The notes beneath the pieces were generated by a model, which did no database searches, was not told where the DNA came from, and worked only from the letters and a program-made list of their open reading frames with translations. From positions 16,678,001 to 16,742,000 of the forward strand of contig NW_026262581.1 in NCBI RefSeq assembly GCF_021869535.1: DNA of 64,000 nucleotides, read 5' to 3'. Made by a program: the position numbers and the translations under genes. Positions within the stretch are counted from its first letter, which is position 1. Each line of letters opens with the position of its first letter. Source of the stretch: Mytilus californianus. Its lineage: Eukaryota. Shown piece by piece: positions 38,701 to 50,147 of this stretch.

Positions 38701-39355
38701 CTTTTTGTTTACTTGTATGTTGACAATACATCTATACATCTTTTGAATTGTGCACATTTTTACAGTATATTAGTACCGAAAAAAGTACTGAGTTTAATTT
38801 AGAGTTACCTCCCCATTGACTAGTTTTGATATGAAATAGAGAGCGGCCATGGCAACCTTTGACATTGCATACTTGTAGAAAAAGTCCTCTAAATATTTCA
38901 GTCAAGTTGAGCATGAAGAAGAAGGGAGAAAAAAATCACATAATGAGAAAACTGATTTATTCGGTTGAAGTTTAAATGTGTGATCCCACCCCTCCAAAAA
39001 AAGAGAATAAATAAAAAAAACTATCACTTCCTTTATTCTTAGGTTGTATTTTAATCGAATATTGTTTTGAAAGAATTTTAATCAGTTCAAAAAATATGTG
39101 TGTGAAAGTAAAATGATGTATCTTTAATATTTCCTTACTAAAAATAATTTTCCCAAAAGGCAACTGCATAAATGTTAAAAATAGTATACTCGTTAGGAGT
39201 GAAATGAAGCAAAAAAAGGAAATAATTTGAGTGAAAAAAATTTTCAAAGAACAGTGCAAAGTGAAGAGAAAAGAAAAGGGCAGCGTAGGGCTCAGCTATA
39301 TTTAGTTTGATAACTGATGTACAACAATTGTAGATTCTTTTTGAACAAATTGGGT

Positions 39356-39371
39356 AGCCCTTAAAAGGGCT
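39356..39371 (-). terminator. Histone 3' stem-loop with downstream purine-rich element (39333-39342)
   Basis: AGCCCT-TTTA-AGGGCT-ACCCA lies 43 nt after the stop, followed by AAAAAGAATC. Confidence 0.9.
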
Positions 39372-39414
39372 TTTGGTGGCTGAATAGCCTCTGCAGACTG
39401 AAGTCTGAAACAGT

Positions 39415-39975
39415 TTACTTCTTCTTTGGTGTCTTCTTGGCTTTTGGTTTAGCTGCCTTCTTTTTAGCTGGTGACTTGGCTGCCTTCTTTGGCTTGGCTG
39501 CTTTCTTTGCTGCTGGTTTCTTAGCTTTAGGTTTGGCTGCCTTTTTCTCTCCAGCTGGTTTCTTTGCTGCCTTCATTTTCTTAGGTGTGCTCTTTGCCTT
39601 CTTAGGCTTGGCGGCCTTAGGTTTAGCTGCTTTCTTTGCCTTTGCTGGCTTCTTTTTAGCTTGTTTTGCCTCTCCAATTCTGAAAGATCCGGATGCGCCA
39701 GTTCCCTTGGACTGCTTCAAACTGTTGTTCTTAACTCCGGCTCTGAGTGCAAGTTTTAAATGAGCGTTTACTGACTTGGCATCTTTTCCGACGTTGAAGT
39801 TGGCCATGATGTACTTCAAAATTGCTTGCCTTGATGAACCTCCACGTTCTTTCAAAGCGGCGATGGCTTTCCCAATCATCTCGCTGTATTTAGGATGTGC
39901 TGAAGGCTTCTTTGGCTTGGCTGCTGCCTTTTTCTTTGGTGATTTAGCTGGTGCTGGTGCTGCTACGTCTGCCAT
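39415..39975 (-). CDS. H1: Linker histone H1, 186 aa, intronless
   Basis: Winged-helix globular domain (HPKYSEMI...GGSSRQAILKYI...QSKGTGASGSF) with a K/A/P-rich tail, stem-loop and TATA. It closely resembles Mytilus H1. Confidence 0.97.
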   Translation of the reverse strand: MADVAAPAPAKSPKKKAAAKPKKPSAHPKYSEMIGKAIAALKERGGSSRQAILKYIMANFNVGKDAKSVNAHLKLALRAGVKNNSLKQSKGTGASGSFRIGEAKQAKKKPAKAKKAAKPKAAKPKKAKSTPKKMKAAKKPAGEKKAAKPKAKKPAAKKAAKPKKAAKSPAKKKAAKPKAKKTPKKK

Positions 39976-40060
39976 TTTGAACGATTCAAAGTATTATCCT
40001 TTATGAAGTTTACACTACGAATAACGATTTGAAAATAACGCCATTTCAGGCCTCGTATAG

Positions 40061-40155
40061 TTTATAATAGACGAACGCGGACCTCGACGAAGACACCCTT
40101 AAAATAACTTGTAAAATCCATTACACGATCTCGGTAAAATGATTATGTGCTTCTT
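40061..40155 (-). promoter_or_regulatory. H1 promoter: TATA, H4-box-like and H1-box-like elements
   Basis: TATAAAA at 40061-40067. TCGTCGAGGTCC at 40080-40091 resembles the H4 box TCANNNNGGTCC. AAGAAGCACA at 40146-40155 resembles the H1 box AAGAAACACA. All three are conserved in the next unit. Confidence 0.7.
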
Positions 40156-40522
40156 CGAAGACTTTTATCATAATTTTTAGTATAATTCTATCAAAAACAT
40201 TCACATATAGCATATCAAATTGCTCAACAGTCATTAATCTTGCAGGTTAGATAAACTGTGTATTTTTCAATGAACACAGTAGAAAGATATTAATAGTTAA
40301 AGTAGAACCGACTGATTTGTCTTCAAAGGTATGTTGACAGAAAATTTACGAGTTTTTCTCAATAGAAAACTATTCTACCGTCGTAAAATTGTGCAACGGA
40401 AGAACTATCAATTCTCTATAGGTTTCTTTCCGTTTTTATTCACTGGACGTATGTTACTCGTCGTAATAAGTTTGTTTTCAGCTGGAGGGAAACACACAAA
40501 AAGTTCACGCGCCATTGTTTGG

Positions 40523-42407
40523 TTGCAAATTTTTACGAAAACTTCAAAAAACATTTTAATTCAACCTGAGCGAAATTTCACAGACATTCTAGATTCGAAT
40601 GAATAAAACCAATATCTAGAATATGTATTTGAAATGTCGTTTAATTTAATCTAGCTTTGGGAACTGTTCAGAGAGCGACTTTATGTTCAGTGGATCAGAG
40701 GCACTAGAAAACTGTGCTGTATGATGCGTCTCTGCTTTTATTTCCATTTGCATGTAAAATTTTAGCACTTCGTTGTCGAAAACTCGTATATGTCTTGTTG
40801 AATATATCATATTTTTCAAAAAATATGTGTAATTAATTTTATTATCAATAAACGATGGTCCGTGCTCGAACTGGCCACCTGAAAGTTTCATGATACAAAA
40901 AAAAACAACCAAACCCAAGATTCTTGTATTTTCATAATTCAAAAGTTGTACACATCATTTGCATCTAAATTAACAATTACAAAGGTTCATCTATCTTTTA
41001 AAAAAGGGGGATGTGTGTCAGGTGAAGACTCTGGCCATATGTATGCATTTTACCTATACATAGGCTAGGCAAGTATAAGACCAAAATCAGTAGCGGGTGA
41101 AGCAGCAAACACACGGACGATTCAAAAGAGACAGAAAGACAAAAATCACGTCTATGTTAACCATTAGACTTTGGGCAAAAATAGTCTCCACTGTATTTAA
41201 CTGAACCCCACCCCCCCCCCCCCGAAAAAAAAATCCCGAGGAAAAGGGGGGGGGTATATATTTTCAAAGAATGATAGTTGGACTGAAATATTTGTTAACT
41301 ATTGCAACATTAACAAGCAGATTTAATGTAAAAAGAAGTCAAAACCAAGATTGAAACGAAGAACAAGATATTCTCCGTTAAAAAAGTAAATAAATAGGGT
41401 TCTCTATTGTCTCGGTTGATTTCTGTGAAGGCCAATTAGCATGCCGTTTAATGGATGTCAGTACAAGTTTCAACATGCTGTGTTTATTTTTTTCTTTCTT
41501 ACTTTGTAAACCTTTTTTCTGTTTCTTTTTCATTTTTGTGGAGTTTTTTTTTGTTTTTTTAGGGGGGGGAGGGTTATTGTTTGACATGAAATTTAGTTGT
41601 TTATGAATAGAAAACACACTTTAATATAAAATCCAAAGTACTATTTAGGTCGTCTTTTATTCCCAGCATGATGGAACTATTTTCTTCATGTTAGGACCAA
41701 TCCCATGGTGTTGACAACCAGTAGAAATTGCAAATGTTTACGAAAACTTCAAAAAACATTTTAATTCAACCTGAGCGAAATTTCACAGACATTCTAGATT
41801 CGAATGAATAAAACCAATATCTAGAATATGTATTTGAAATGTCGTTTAATTTAATCTAGCTTTGGGAACTTTTCAGAGAGCGACTTTATGTTCAGTGGAT
41901 CAGAGGCACTGGAAAACTGTGCTGTATGGTGCGTCTTTGCTTTTATTTCCATTTGCATGTAAAATTTTAGCACTTCGTTGTCGAAAACTCGAATATGTCT
42001 TGTTGAATATATCATATTTTTCAAAAAATATGTGTAATTAATTTTATTATCAATAAACGATGGTCCGTGCTCGAACTGGCCACCTGAAAGTTTCAATACA
42101 AAAAAACCCAACCAAACCCAAGATTCTTGTATTTTCATAATTCAAAAGTTGTACACATCATTTGCATCTAAATTAACAATTACAAAGGTTCATCTATCTT
42201 TTAAAAAAGGGGGATGTGTGTCACGGTGAAGACTCTGGCCATAAGTATGCACTTTACCTATATAGGCTAGGCAAGTATAAGACCAAAATCAGTAGCAGGT
42301 GAAGCAGCATACACACGGACGATTCAAAAGAGACAGAAAGACAAAAATCACGTCTAGGTTAACCATTAGACTTGGGGCAAAAATAGTCTCCACTGTATTT
42401 AACTGAA

Positions 42408-42438
<31 letters not shown>

Positions 42439-42930
42439 CCGAGGAAAGGGGGGGTATATATTTTCAAAGAATGATAGTTGGACTGAAATATTTGTTAACT
42501 ATTACAACATTAACAAGCAGATTTAATTTAAAAAAAAAGCCAAAACCAAGATTGAAACGAAGAAAAAGATATTCTCCGTTAAAAAAGTAAATAAATAGGG
42601 TTCTCTATTGTCTCGGTTGATTTCTGTGAAGGCCAATTAGCATGGCGTTTAATGGATGTCAGTACAAGTTTCAACATGCTGTGTTTATTTTTTCTTTCTT
42701 ACTTTGTAAACCTTTTTTCTGTTTTTTTTTCATTTTTGTGGAGTTTTTTTTTGTTTTTTTTAGGGGGGGGGTGGTAATTGTTTGACATGAAATTTAGTTG
42801 TTTATGAATAGAAAACACACTTTAATATAAAATCCAAAGTACTATTTAGGTCGTCTTTTATTCCCAGCATGATGGAACTATTTTCTACATGTTAGGACCA
42901 ACCCCATGGTGTTGACAACCAGTAGAAATT
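40523..42930. repeat. ~1205-bp tandem duplication within the H1 spacer
   Basis: ttgcaaat...tacgaaaacttc occurs at 40523 and 41728. Both copies end gttgacaaccagtagaaatt (41729, 42930). The junction has a TT microhomology. Confidence 0.9.
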
Positions 42931-45022
42931 TAAAACTATTCTAGTTCTCTCTTAGTCGTATCAAATCCAGAAAAAAAAAGAAGAATCAATTTCTATCAAA
43001 CGTGAATCCTAACCCTCTTTCCAGCTATAGTTAGAAACGTAAATAACAGGACAAGTTTGGCATGTTCCTTGGGACAGAAACCCAACAACACCAGATCGAT
43101 AGATTTTACATTTTCAATAGAGGACTTAATCTATAATCAAATATTTCATTCTTGGGCTTTTTATTACTTTCTATCTCCTTTTTTATTTTCTTCTTTAAAT
43201 GTTTTTGTGAATTATCATATTTGAAGCTATTCTTTTCATATTGACATTAAACGCCTTTTCTCTATCTCAATATAAAGTATTTATCACAAATGAAGTGAAA
43301 TATTTTGGCGAAAAGAGGTGTGTTTGGTGTCCGGGTGTTGGGGTAGTCTTAATTGAAAACAGCAGCAACAAGCGTTTCTCAATGTATACACAAATTAGCG
43401 CATTTAATACTGTCAGTCAAACGTTGAATGTATATACTAGTAGACTATGTTTTTCTGTGTCGTTAAGTTGCTGTCATTTCAATATGAAAATAAGGAGATG
43501 TGGTATGATTGCAAATGAGACAACTATCCACCAAAGTTCAAATGAATGGATGTAATAAATTATATATAGGCAACCGTACGCCTTCAACAATGAGAAAAAC
43601 CGATAATGTATAGTCGGCTATAAAAGGCCCCAACATGAAAAATATGAAACAAATCTTCTGTTATATTCGAATCCTACAATTTCGTGCACAATCCTTTAAA
43701 ATGCATGATACATGTTATCAAAAAAATAAACCTTTTTCTTGCCTTTTCTACAAATGTCCGTCCATCCTTGTTTTAGTTCATAACAGTAGACATGCTCCGT
43801 ATGTGACGTCACTGTATTGTTTCTGGTTTATTCATCTCGCGTGCTTTAAACAGATTAAAATGACATAACAAAGACACAGACAAGTCGTCAAAACACTAAA
43901 AACAGAGAGAAAAAAAGAAGAGAAAAACAAACAGGACAACCCATTTGAAAGAAACATAAAAGCAAGTAGGTGCATTTATTTCATACACGAGTAAAACAAA
44001 GGAAAATTCGAGAGGTGAAGAAAAGTATAAATATGGTTACATAATCAGCTATCGTCACTGATAACATGAACGCCCCTTTAACTCTCCCCCACCCCCAAAC
44101 ACACATCTTAGACCGGCGGTAGAACCACGACGAAAAGCGAGTCCAAACATAAAAGACTGATGATACATGAATGTAAGTACACTCGCACTATATATAGCTG
44201 CATGTAATAAAATGAAAAATAATTGCAGAACTGTTAAATGTTTAACAAAAACCTCCATACTTTAGAGTTTCCTGCTAACTTTTTTAAAATACACAATTGT
44301 AGTAATTTTGACCAAAAAAAAAAATAAAAAAATAACAGGCAAACATCACTGCATTCATTTTCTTTTTTTGTTTACTTGTATGTTGACAATACATCTATAC
44401 ATCTTTTGTATTGTGCACATTTTTACAGTATATTAGTGCCGAAAAAAGTACTGAGTTTAATTTAGAGTTGCCTCCCCATTGACTAGTTTTGATATGAAAT
44501 AGAGAGCGGCCATGGCAACCTTTGACATTGCATACTTGTAGAAAAAGTCCTCTAAATATTTCAGTCAAGTTGAGCATGAAGAAGAAGGGAGAAAAAAATC
44601 ACATAATGAGAAAACTGATTTATTCGGTTGAAATTTAAATGTGTGATTCCCACCCCCCCTCCAAAAAGAGAATAAATAAAAAAAAAACTATCACTTCCTT
44701 TATTCTTAGGTTGTATTTTAATCGAATATTGTTTTGAAAGAATTTTAATCAGTTCAAAAAATATGTGTGTGAAAGTAAAATGATGTATCTTTAATATTTC
44801 CTTACTAAAAATAATTTTCCCAAAAGGCAACTGCATAAATGTTAGAAATAGTATACTCTTAAGGAGTGAAATGAAGCAAAAAAAGGAAATAATTTGACTG
44901 AAAAAAATTTTCAAAGAACAGTGCAAAGTGAAGAGAAAAGAAAAGGGCAGCGTAGGGCTCAGCTATATTTAGTTTGATAACTGATGTACAACAATTGTAG
45001 ATTCTTTTTGAACAAATTGGGT

Positions 45023-45038
45023 AGCCCTTAAAAGGGCT
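45023..45038 (-). terminator. Histone 3' stem-loop
   Basis: Identical to 39356-39371. Confidence 0.9.
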
Positions 45039-45081
45039 TTTGGTGGCTGAATAGCCTCTGCAGACTGAAGTCTGGAACAGT

Positions 45082-45642
45082 TTACTTCTTCTTTGGTGTC
45101 TTCTTGGCTTTTGGTTTAGCTGCCTTCTTTTTAGCTGGTGACTTGGCTGCCTTCTTTGGCTTGGCTGCTTTCTTTGCTGCTGGTTTCTTAGCTTTAGGTT
45201 TGGCTGCCTTTTTCTCTCCAGCTGGTTTCTTTGCTGCCTTCTTTTTCTTAGGTGTGCTCTTTGCCTTCTTAGGCTTGGCTGCCTTAGGTTTAGCTGTTTT
45301 CTTTGCCTTTGCTGGCTTCTTTTTAGCTTGTTTTGCCTCTCCAATTCTGAAAGATCCGGATGCGCCAGTTCCCTTGGACTGCTTCAAACTGTTGTTCTTA
45401 ACTCCGGCTCTGAGTGCAAGTTTTAAATGAGCGTTTACTGACTTGGCATTTTTTCCGACGTTGAAGTTGGCCATGATGTACTTCAAAATTGCTTGCCTTG
45501 AGGAACCTCCACGTTCTTTCAAAGCGGCGATGGCTTTCCCAATCATCTCGCTGTATTTAGGATGTGCTGAAGGCTTCTTTGGCTTGGCTGCTGCCTTTTT
45601 CTTTGGTGATTTAGCTGGTGCTGGTGCTGCTACGTCTGCCAT
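45082..45642 (-). CDS. H1: Linker histone H1, 186 aa, intronless (second intact copy)
   Basis: Differs from 39415-39975 at 5 nt by my count: D>N, A>T, M>K and two silent changes. Confidence 0.97.
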   Translation of the reverse strand: MADVAAPAPAKSPKKKAAAKPKKPSAHPKYSEMIGKAIAALKERGGSSRQAILKYIMANFNVGKNAKSVNAHLKLALRAGVKNNSLKQSKGTGASGSFRIGEAKQAKKKPAKAKKTAKPKAAKPKKAKSTPKKKKAAKKPAGEKKAAKPKAKKPAAKKAAKPKKAAKSPAKKKAAKPKAKKTPKKK

Positions 45643-45727
45643 TTTGAACGATTCAAAGTATTATCCTTTACGAAGTTTATACTACGAATAACGATTTGAA
45701 AATAACGCCATTTCAGGCCTCGTTTAG

Positions 45728-45822
45728 TTTATAATAGACGAACGCGGACCTCGACGAAGACACCCTTAAAATAACTTGTAAAATCCATTACACGATCTCG
45801 GTAAAATGATTATGTGCTTCTT
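45728..45822 (-). promoter_or_regulatory. H1 promoter: TATA, H4-box-like and H1-box-like elements
   Basis: TATAAA at 45728-45733, TCGTCGAGGTCC at 45746-45757 and AAGAAGCACA at 45813-45822. Confidence 0.7.
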
Positions 45823-47867
45823 CGAAGACTTTTATCATAATTTTTAGTATAATTCTATCAAAAACATTCACATATAGCATATCAAATTGCTCAACAGTCA
45901 TTAATCTTGCAGGTTAGATAAACTGTGTATTTTTCAATGAACACAGTAGAAAGATATTAATAGTTAAAGTAGAACCGACTGATTTGTCTTCAAAGGTATG
46001 TTGACAGAAAACTTACGAGTTTTTCTCAATAGAAAAATATTCTACCGTCGTTAAATTGTGCAGCGGAAGAAATATCATTTCTCTACAGGTTTTTTTCCGT
46101 TTTTATTCACTGGACGTATGTTACTCGTCGTAATAAGTTTGTTTTCAGCTGGAGGGAAACACACAAAAAGTTCACGCGCCATTGTTTGGTTGCAAATTTT
46201 TACGAAAACTTCAAAAAACATTTTTATTCAACCTAAGCGAAATTTCACAGACATTCTAGATTCGAATGAATAAAACCAATATCTAGAATATGTATTTGAA
46301 ATGTCGTTTAATTTAATCTAGCTTTGGGAACTTTTCAGAGAGCGACTTTATGTTCAGTGGATCTGAGGCACTACTCGGAAAACTGTGATGTATGCATGTA
46401 AAATTTGAGCACTTCGTTGTCGAAAACTCGAATATGTCTTTTTGAATATATCATATTTTTCAAAAAATATGTGTCAATAATTTTATTATCAAAAAACGAT
46501 GGTCCGTGCTCGAACTGGCCTCCTGAAAGTTTCAATACAAAAAATACCAACCAAACCCAAGATTCTTGTATTTTTATAATTCGAAAGTTGTACACATCAT
46601 TTGCATCTAAATTAACAATTACAAAGGTTCATCTATCTCATAAAAAGGGGGGGATGTCATGGTGTAGACTCTGGCCATAAGTATGCATTTTACCTATATA
46701 GGCTATAGAGGCAAGCAAGACTATAATCGGTACCGTTTGAAGCAGCATACACACGGACGATTAAAAAGAGATAGAAAGACAAAAGTCACATCTATGTTAA
46801 CCATTGGACTTGGGGCAAAAATAGTCTCCACTGTATTTAACTGAACCCCTCCCCCCAAAACAAAATCCCGAGGAAAAAGGGGGGGGGGGCGGGGTGGTGG
46901 TATATATTTTCAATGAATGATAGTTAGGCTGAAATATTTGTTAACTATTGCAACATTAACAAGCAGATTTATGTAAAAAGAATCCAAAACCAAGACTGAA
47001 ACGAAGAAAAAGATATTCTCCGTTAAAAAAGTAAATAAATAGGGTTCTCTATTGTCTCTGAAACGCAAGTTCAATACACCGAAAATTTTGTACTTGCCCC
47101 AGCGCAGACCCCCTTAATTTGCCTCAATTCCTTTAGGGCTGCTCTATGGCCATGGTAAAAGTACTCGGAAGTTATAAACATTTCGGTATAACTTACGAAG
47201 ACTTTTTAATCGGTTTTTTTTTTGGTGAGGAGATTCGCTGGCCCGGCTTCTGAAGTCCAATTAACACATGCTGGGTCCATGATACATGATTTTCCAATGC
47301 CAATCACAGAGCCATATACCACAAAATTTGATCGGACGTGGCAGCTCAGCTCAGCATTCATTTAAAAAGAACGTTACTTTCCAAAGGCAATCATCTAGTC
47401 GGAATTTAATACATCAATAATAATGAACAATCACGGTCCTCGACAAAGAAAAATAAGTGATAGCCAGTGTAGACTTATTTTTGTAATTGTTCTCATGGTT
47501 ATAACTTGGGTATTAATTGCGTTATAAATATGAAATTCTTCAAGCAATATTTCTTAAAAATAAAAGGATGTTCGCTACTCCTGTTTCTGACTTCTTGTCA
47601 GATATACGGAATCCTCTAGCTTTATCTATGTAGTGCCATTAAACATTTTGCCCGCTAACCCCCACTTTTCTTTTCATAATTTTGTATGAAAAATCTAGAG
47701 AGAATCATTTCTTGCCAAATTTTCAATTGCTAATATCTCAAAAACAAGAACATGGACCTGCTTTCTATGTTCCATTATTTATATACTAATCAATTTCAAA
47801 AAACCTTTTAAAGGCTTGTTATTTTTAAAAAAAAGGAGCGAACATCTTGTTTCAACAGTTTGTTCTT

Positions 47868-48225
47868 ATGTTGTGCTATTGCACCACTGTCCCAGGTTAG
47901 GGGATGATTGAGCGCTCACAAACATGTTTAAGACCACCACATTCTTTATGTTCCTGCCCCAAGTCAGGAGCCTGTAGGTCAGTAGTTGTCATTGGTTCAT
48001 GTCTGTCATTTTTGTTTTTCGTAAATTGTTTTTCTATAAATTAGGCCGTTGGTTTTCTCGTTTGAATTGTAAAGTTTACATTTTTTTCATGTCGGGGCCT
48101 TTTATACACGACTAGACAGAATGGGATTTTCTCATTTTTTAAGGCTGTACGGTTGACAATTATGGCTTTCATAACTTCATTTGAACTCTGGTGGATAGTT
48201 GTCTCATTGGCAATTATACCACATA
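47868..48225 (-). repeat. Long copy of the abundant gatgtggtatgattgccaatgagac family
   Basis: Reverse complement match to 18045-18455. Confidence 0.75.
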
Positions 48226-48661
48226 CATTTGTAGTTGTTTAAAACTTAAAAGCCAATGTTTGTTTGTTTGTTTTGGTTTTTTTATCAGCTTCAGATATGC
48301 AGATACTGGGACCAATATATAAAGGGACTAAGGACTAAAGTAACTAAGATTATTTTTTTCAATTTCACTGCCCCGCAAAAATTTATCTGTAAATGGCTGT
48401 TTTGGGGGACATTTCTCTGTTCAAACGTCGATTTATTATTTTTCTTAATATCCTCTTAAGTTAGGATTGCATTTTTAACTAGCGCATATTTTCTAAATCT
48501 AACCTCTTTTGCGTTTGTGCAATAAAACATCATTAAAATTTTAACATCTGCGATAAATTCACCACCATAAAACGTAATAAAGAGTAACTTCAAAATGCCG
48601 AAATCTTAAGCATATACTTATTCGGAATCATTGAACCTCCGAAATTAATAACTATCGGGGA

Positions 48662-48908
48662 GGGGCCACGAAGACCGAGTGGTCTAAGTAGTCCAACTAC
48701 TGTATCACTAGCCTGTCAACACTGATGTTGTGAGTTGGAACCCTGCAAGTGGCAGGTGTGCCCGACTCAAATCTTAATTGACTAGAATTGTCAGTTTTCC
48801 TGCCGAAGGTCGATGATTCTCTCAGAGCACTCCGACTTCCTCAACCAATAAAAACTGACCGCAACAAAATAGCCAATAGTGCTGAAAGTGGCGTTCACAT
48901 CAATCAAC
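48662..48908 (+). mobile_element. tRNA-derived SINE
   Basis: A-box-like gaccgagtggtctaag, B-box-like gagttggaaccc, and tail ccaataaaaactgaccgc...gaaagtggcgtt. Confidence 0.7.
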
Positions 48909-49659
48909 CTATCGGGGATATATAGTAATTGTTATTTCCGTCTGGTCGGTCGTCCAGTCGCACTTTGTATCCACAACTACTCCTTATTTAACCAGTAACT
49001 TGATTTCATTGAAGGTTAATTTTCTAATGATCCTTGCATGCCTCTTATTTATTTGGAATTTCGCCGATTACATAGAAACGTCTACATATTCACAAAAAAA
49101 TGGTTTAGGCATCTTTTATTAGCAATTTATACTTTTACTAATATAAACCGCTGACTCGACTTACATACATATTCCAAAGAGTCTTTCATACCAAATTACA
49201 TTGTACATCTTCAATCCTATTTTTATCCAATTATTTTTTCACATAATTGGAGTAGCGGTGTATCAGTGTGTGGGCTGAGATCACAGTTTTTCTGCATTTC
49301 TCTTTGTAATAAAATTTGAGAAGTTCTTAAAAGACTATTCTTCTCCTTTACTCTGCGTCATGATAGATTTTATAATGAATCTATACATTAGATCAAACTA
49401 CCAAAACTTTGTATTTTACCACATACAACTTTCCTTTGACCTCAAATCCATGAATTAAGGTTGTTAGAAAGGATAAACTACCTTTGTCCTACTAAACATT
49501 TTAATCACAGTTGACTGTACCATTCCCACTTTTTAGCAAAACTACTCGTTTAACAGGGACATCAAAAATTTTAATTGCCCATTTGTTTTTCCTTGACCTG
49601 TTAAACTCGTTTTCTAATATCGAAATCTTTGTTAGACAAGAATCGGTTCACCACAAAAA

Positions 49660-49779
49660 TCACGTGAAACTAATGAATATTCAACAAAATGTCTATTTTT
49701 ACCTGTGTGTTTATATAATACCAGGTAGTTGTAAAAGTTTCAAGCTCAATCGATTTAAAGCATCATACGAATCATGTGA
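49660..49779 (+). promoter_or_regulatory. MiT/TFE-type E-boxes upstream of fucosidase copy 1
   Basis: TCACGTGA (49660-49667, CLEAR core) and TCATGTGA (49772-49779, M-box core). The latter is conserved upstream of copy 2. Confidence 0.4.
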
Positions 49780-49800
49780 TATAGCTTTTTTATTTTCATA

Positions 49801-50147
49801 ATGGCTACGATCGTTTATTTATTAATTTGCTTTCTCTTCGAGCACAAAGGAATAACAGCAAAGTATTCTCCTGACTGGGACTCATTAGATTCAAGACCGT
49901 TACCAGATTGGTATGACAAAGCCAAATTTGGAATCTTCCTTCATTGGGGAGTATTTTCTGTTCCAAGTTTTCATAATGAATGGTTTTGGCCACAATGGAA
50001 GTCGAGGCACCCAGCTCCTGATATAGTCAACTTCATGAAACATAATTACCGACCTGATTTTACCTATGCTGACTTTGCTGCAGATTTCACAGCAGAATTC
50101 TTTAATCCAGATGAATGGGCAGATATATTTAAAGCCTCGGGAGCAGG
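49801..50147 (+). CDS. FUCA: Fucosidase copy 1 exon 1
   Basis: MATIV...KASGAG, donor GTAAGT at 50148. Confidence 0.95.

Larger units (their letters stand above)
33964..47058 (-). repeat. Tandem array of three ~4.2-5.7 kb units, each carrying only a histone H1 gene
   Basis: Stem-loops at 35178, 39356 and 45023 give spacings of 4178 and 5667, and the spacers are colinear. No core-histone or 5S sequence recognised. Confidence 0.9.

Noticed and set aside
39437-40006. Plus-strand ORFs 39437..39763, 39776..40006, 45104..45430 and 45443..45691, and off-frame ORFs 35183..35437 and 44859..45344
   Set aside because: Antisense or alternative-frame shadows of the low-complexity H1 coding sequence.
35869-46680. 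Recurrent 60-120 aa ORFs in the H1 spacers (MLTENLRV..., MNYENTRI..., MKNMKQIF...)
   Set aside because: They recur only because the spacer is duplicated. Indels change their frames between copies and I recognise no domain.
33964-47058. Core histone genes, 5S rRNA or U7 snRNA in the repeat unit
   Set aside because: No matching sequence recognised by eye. The CpG-rich block near 34230, 38420 and 44085 did not fit any RNA I know.
47080-47460. GC-richer segment right of the H1 array as a coding remnant
   Set aside because: Short open stretches occur on both strands with no consistent frame or motif, so it cannot be supported without a search.
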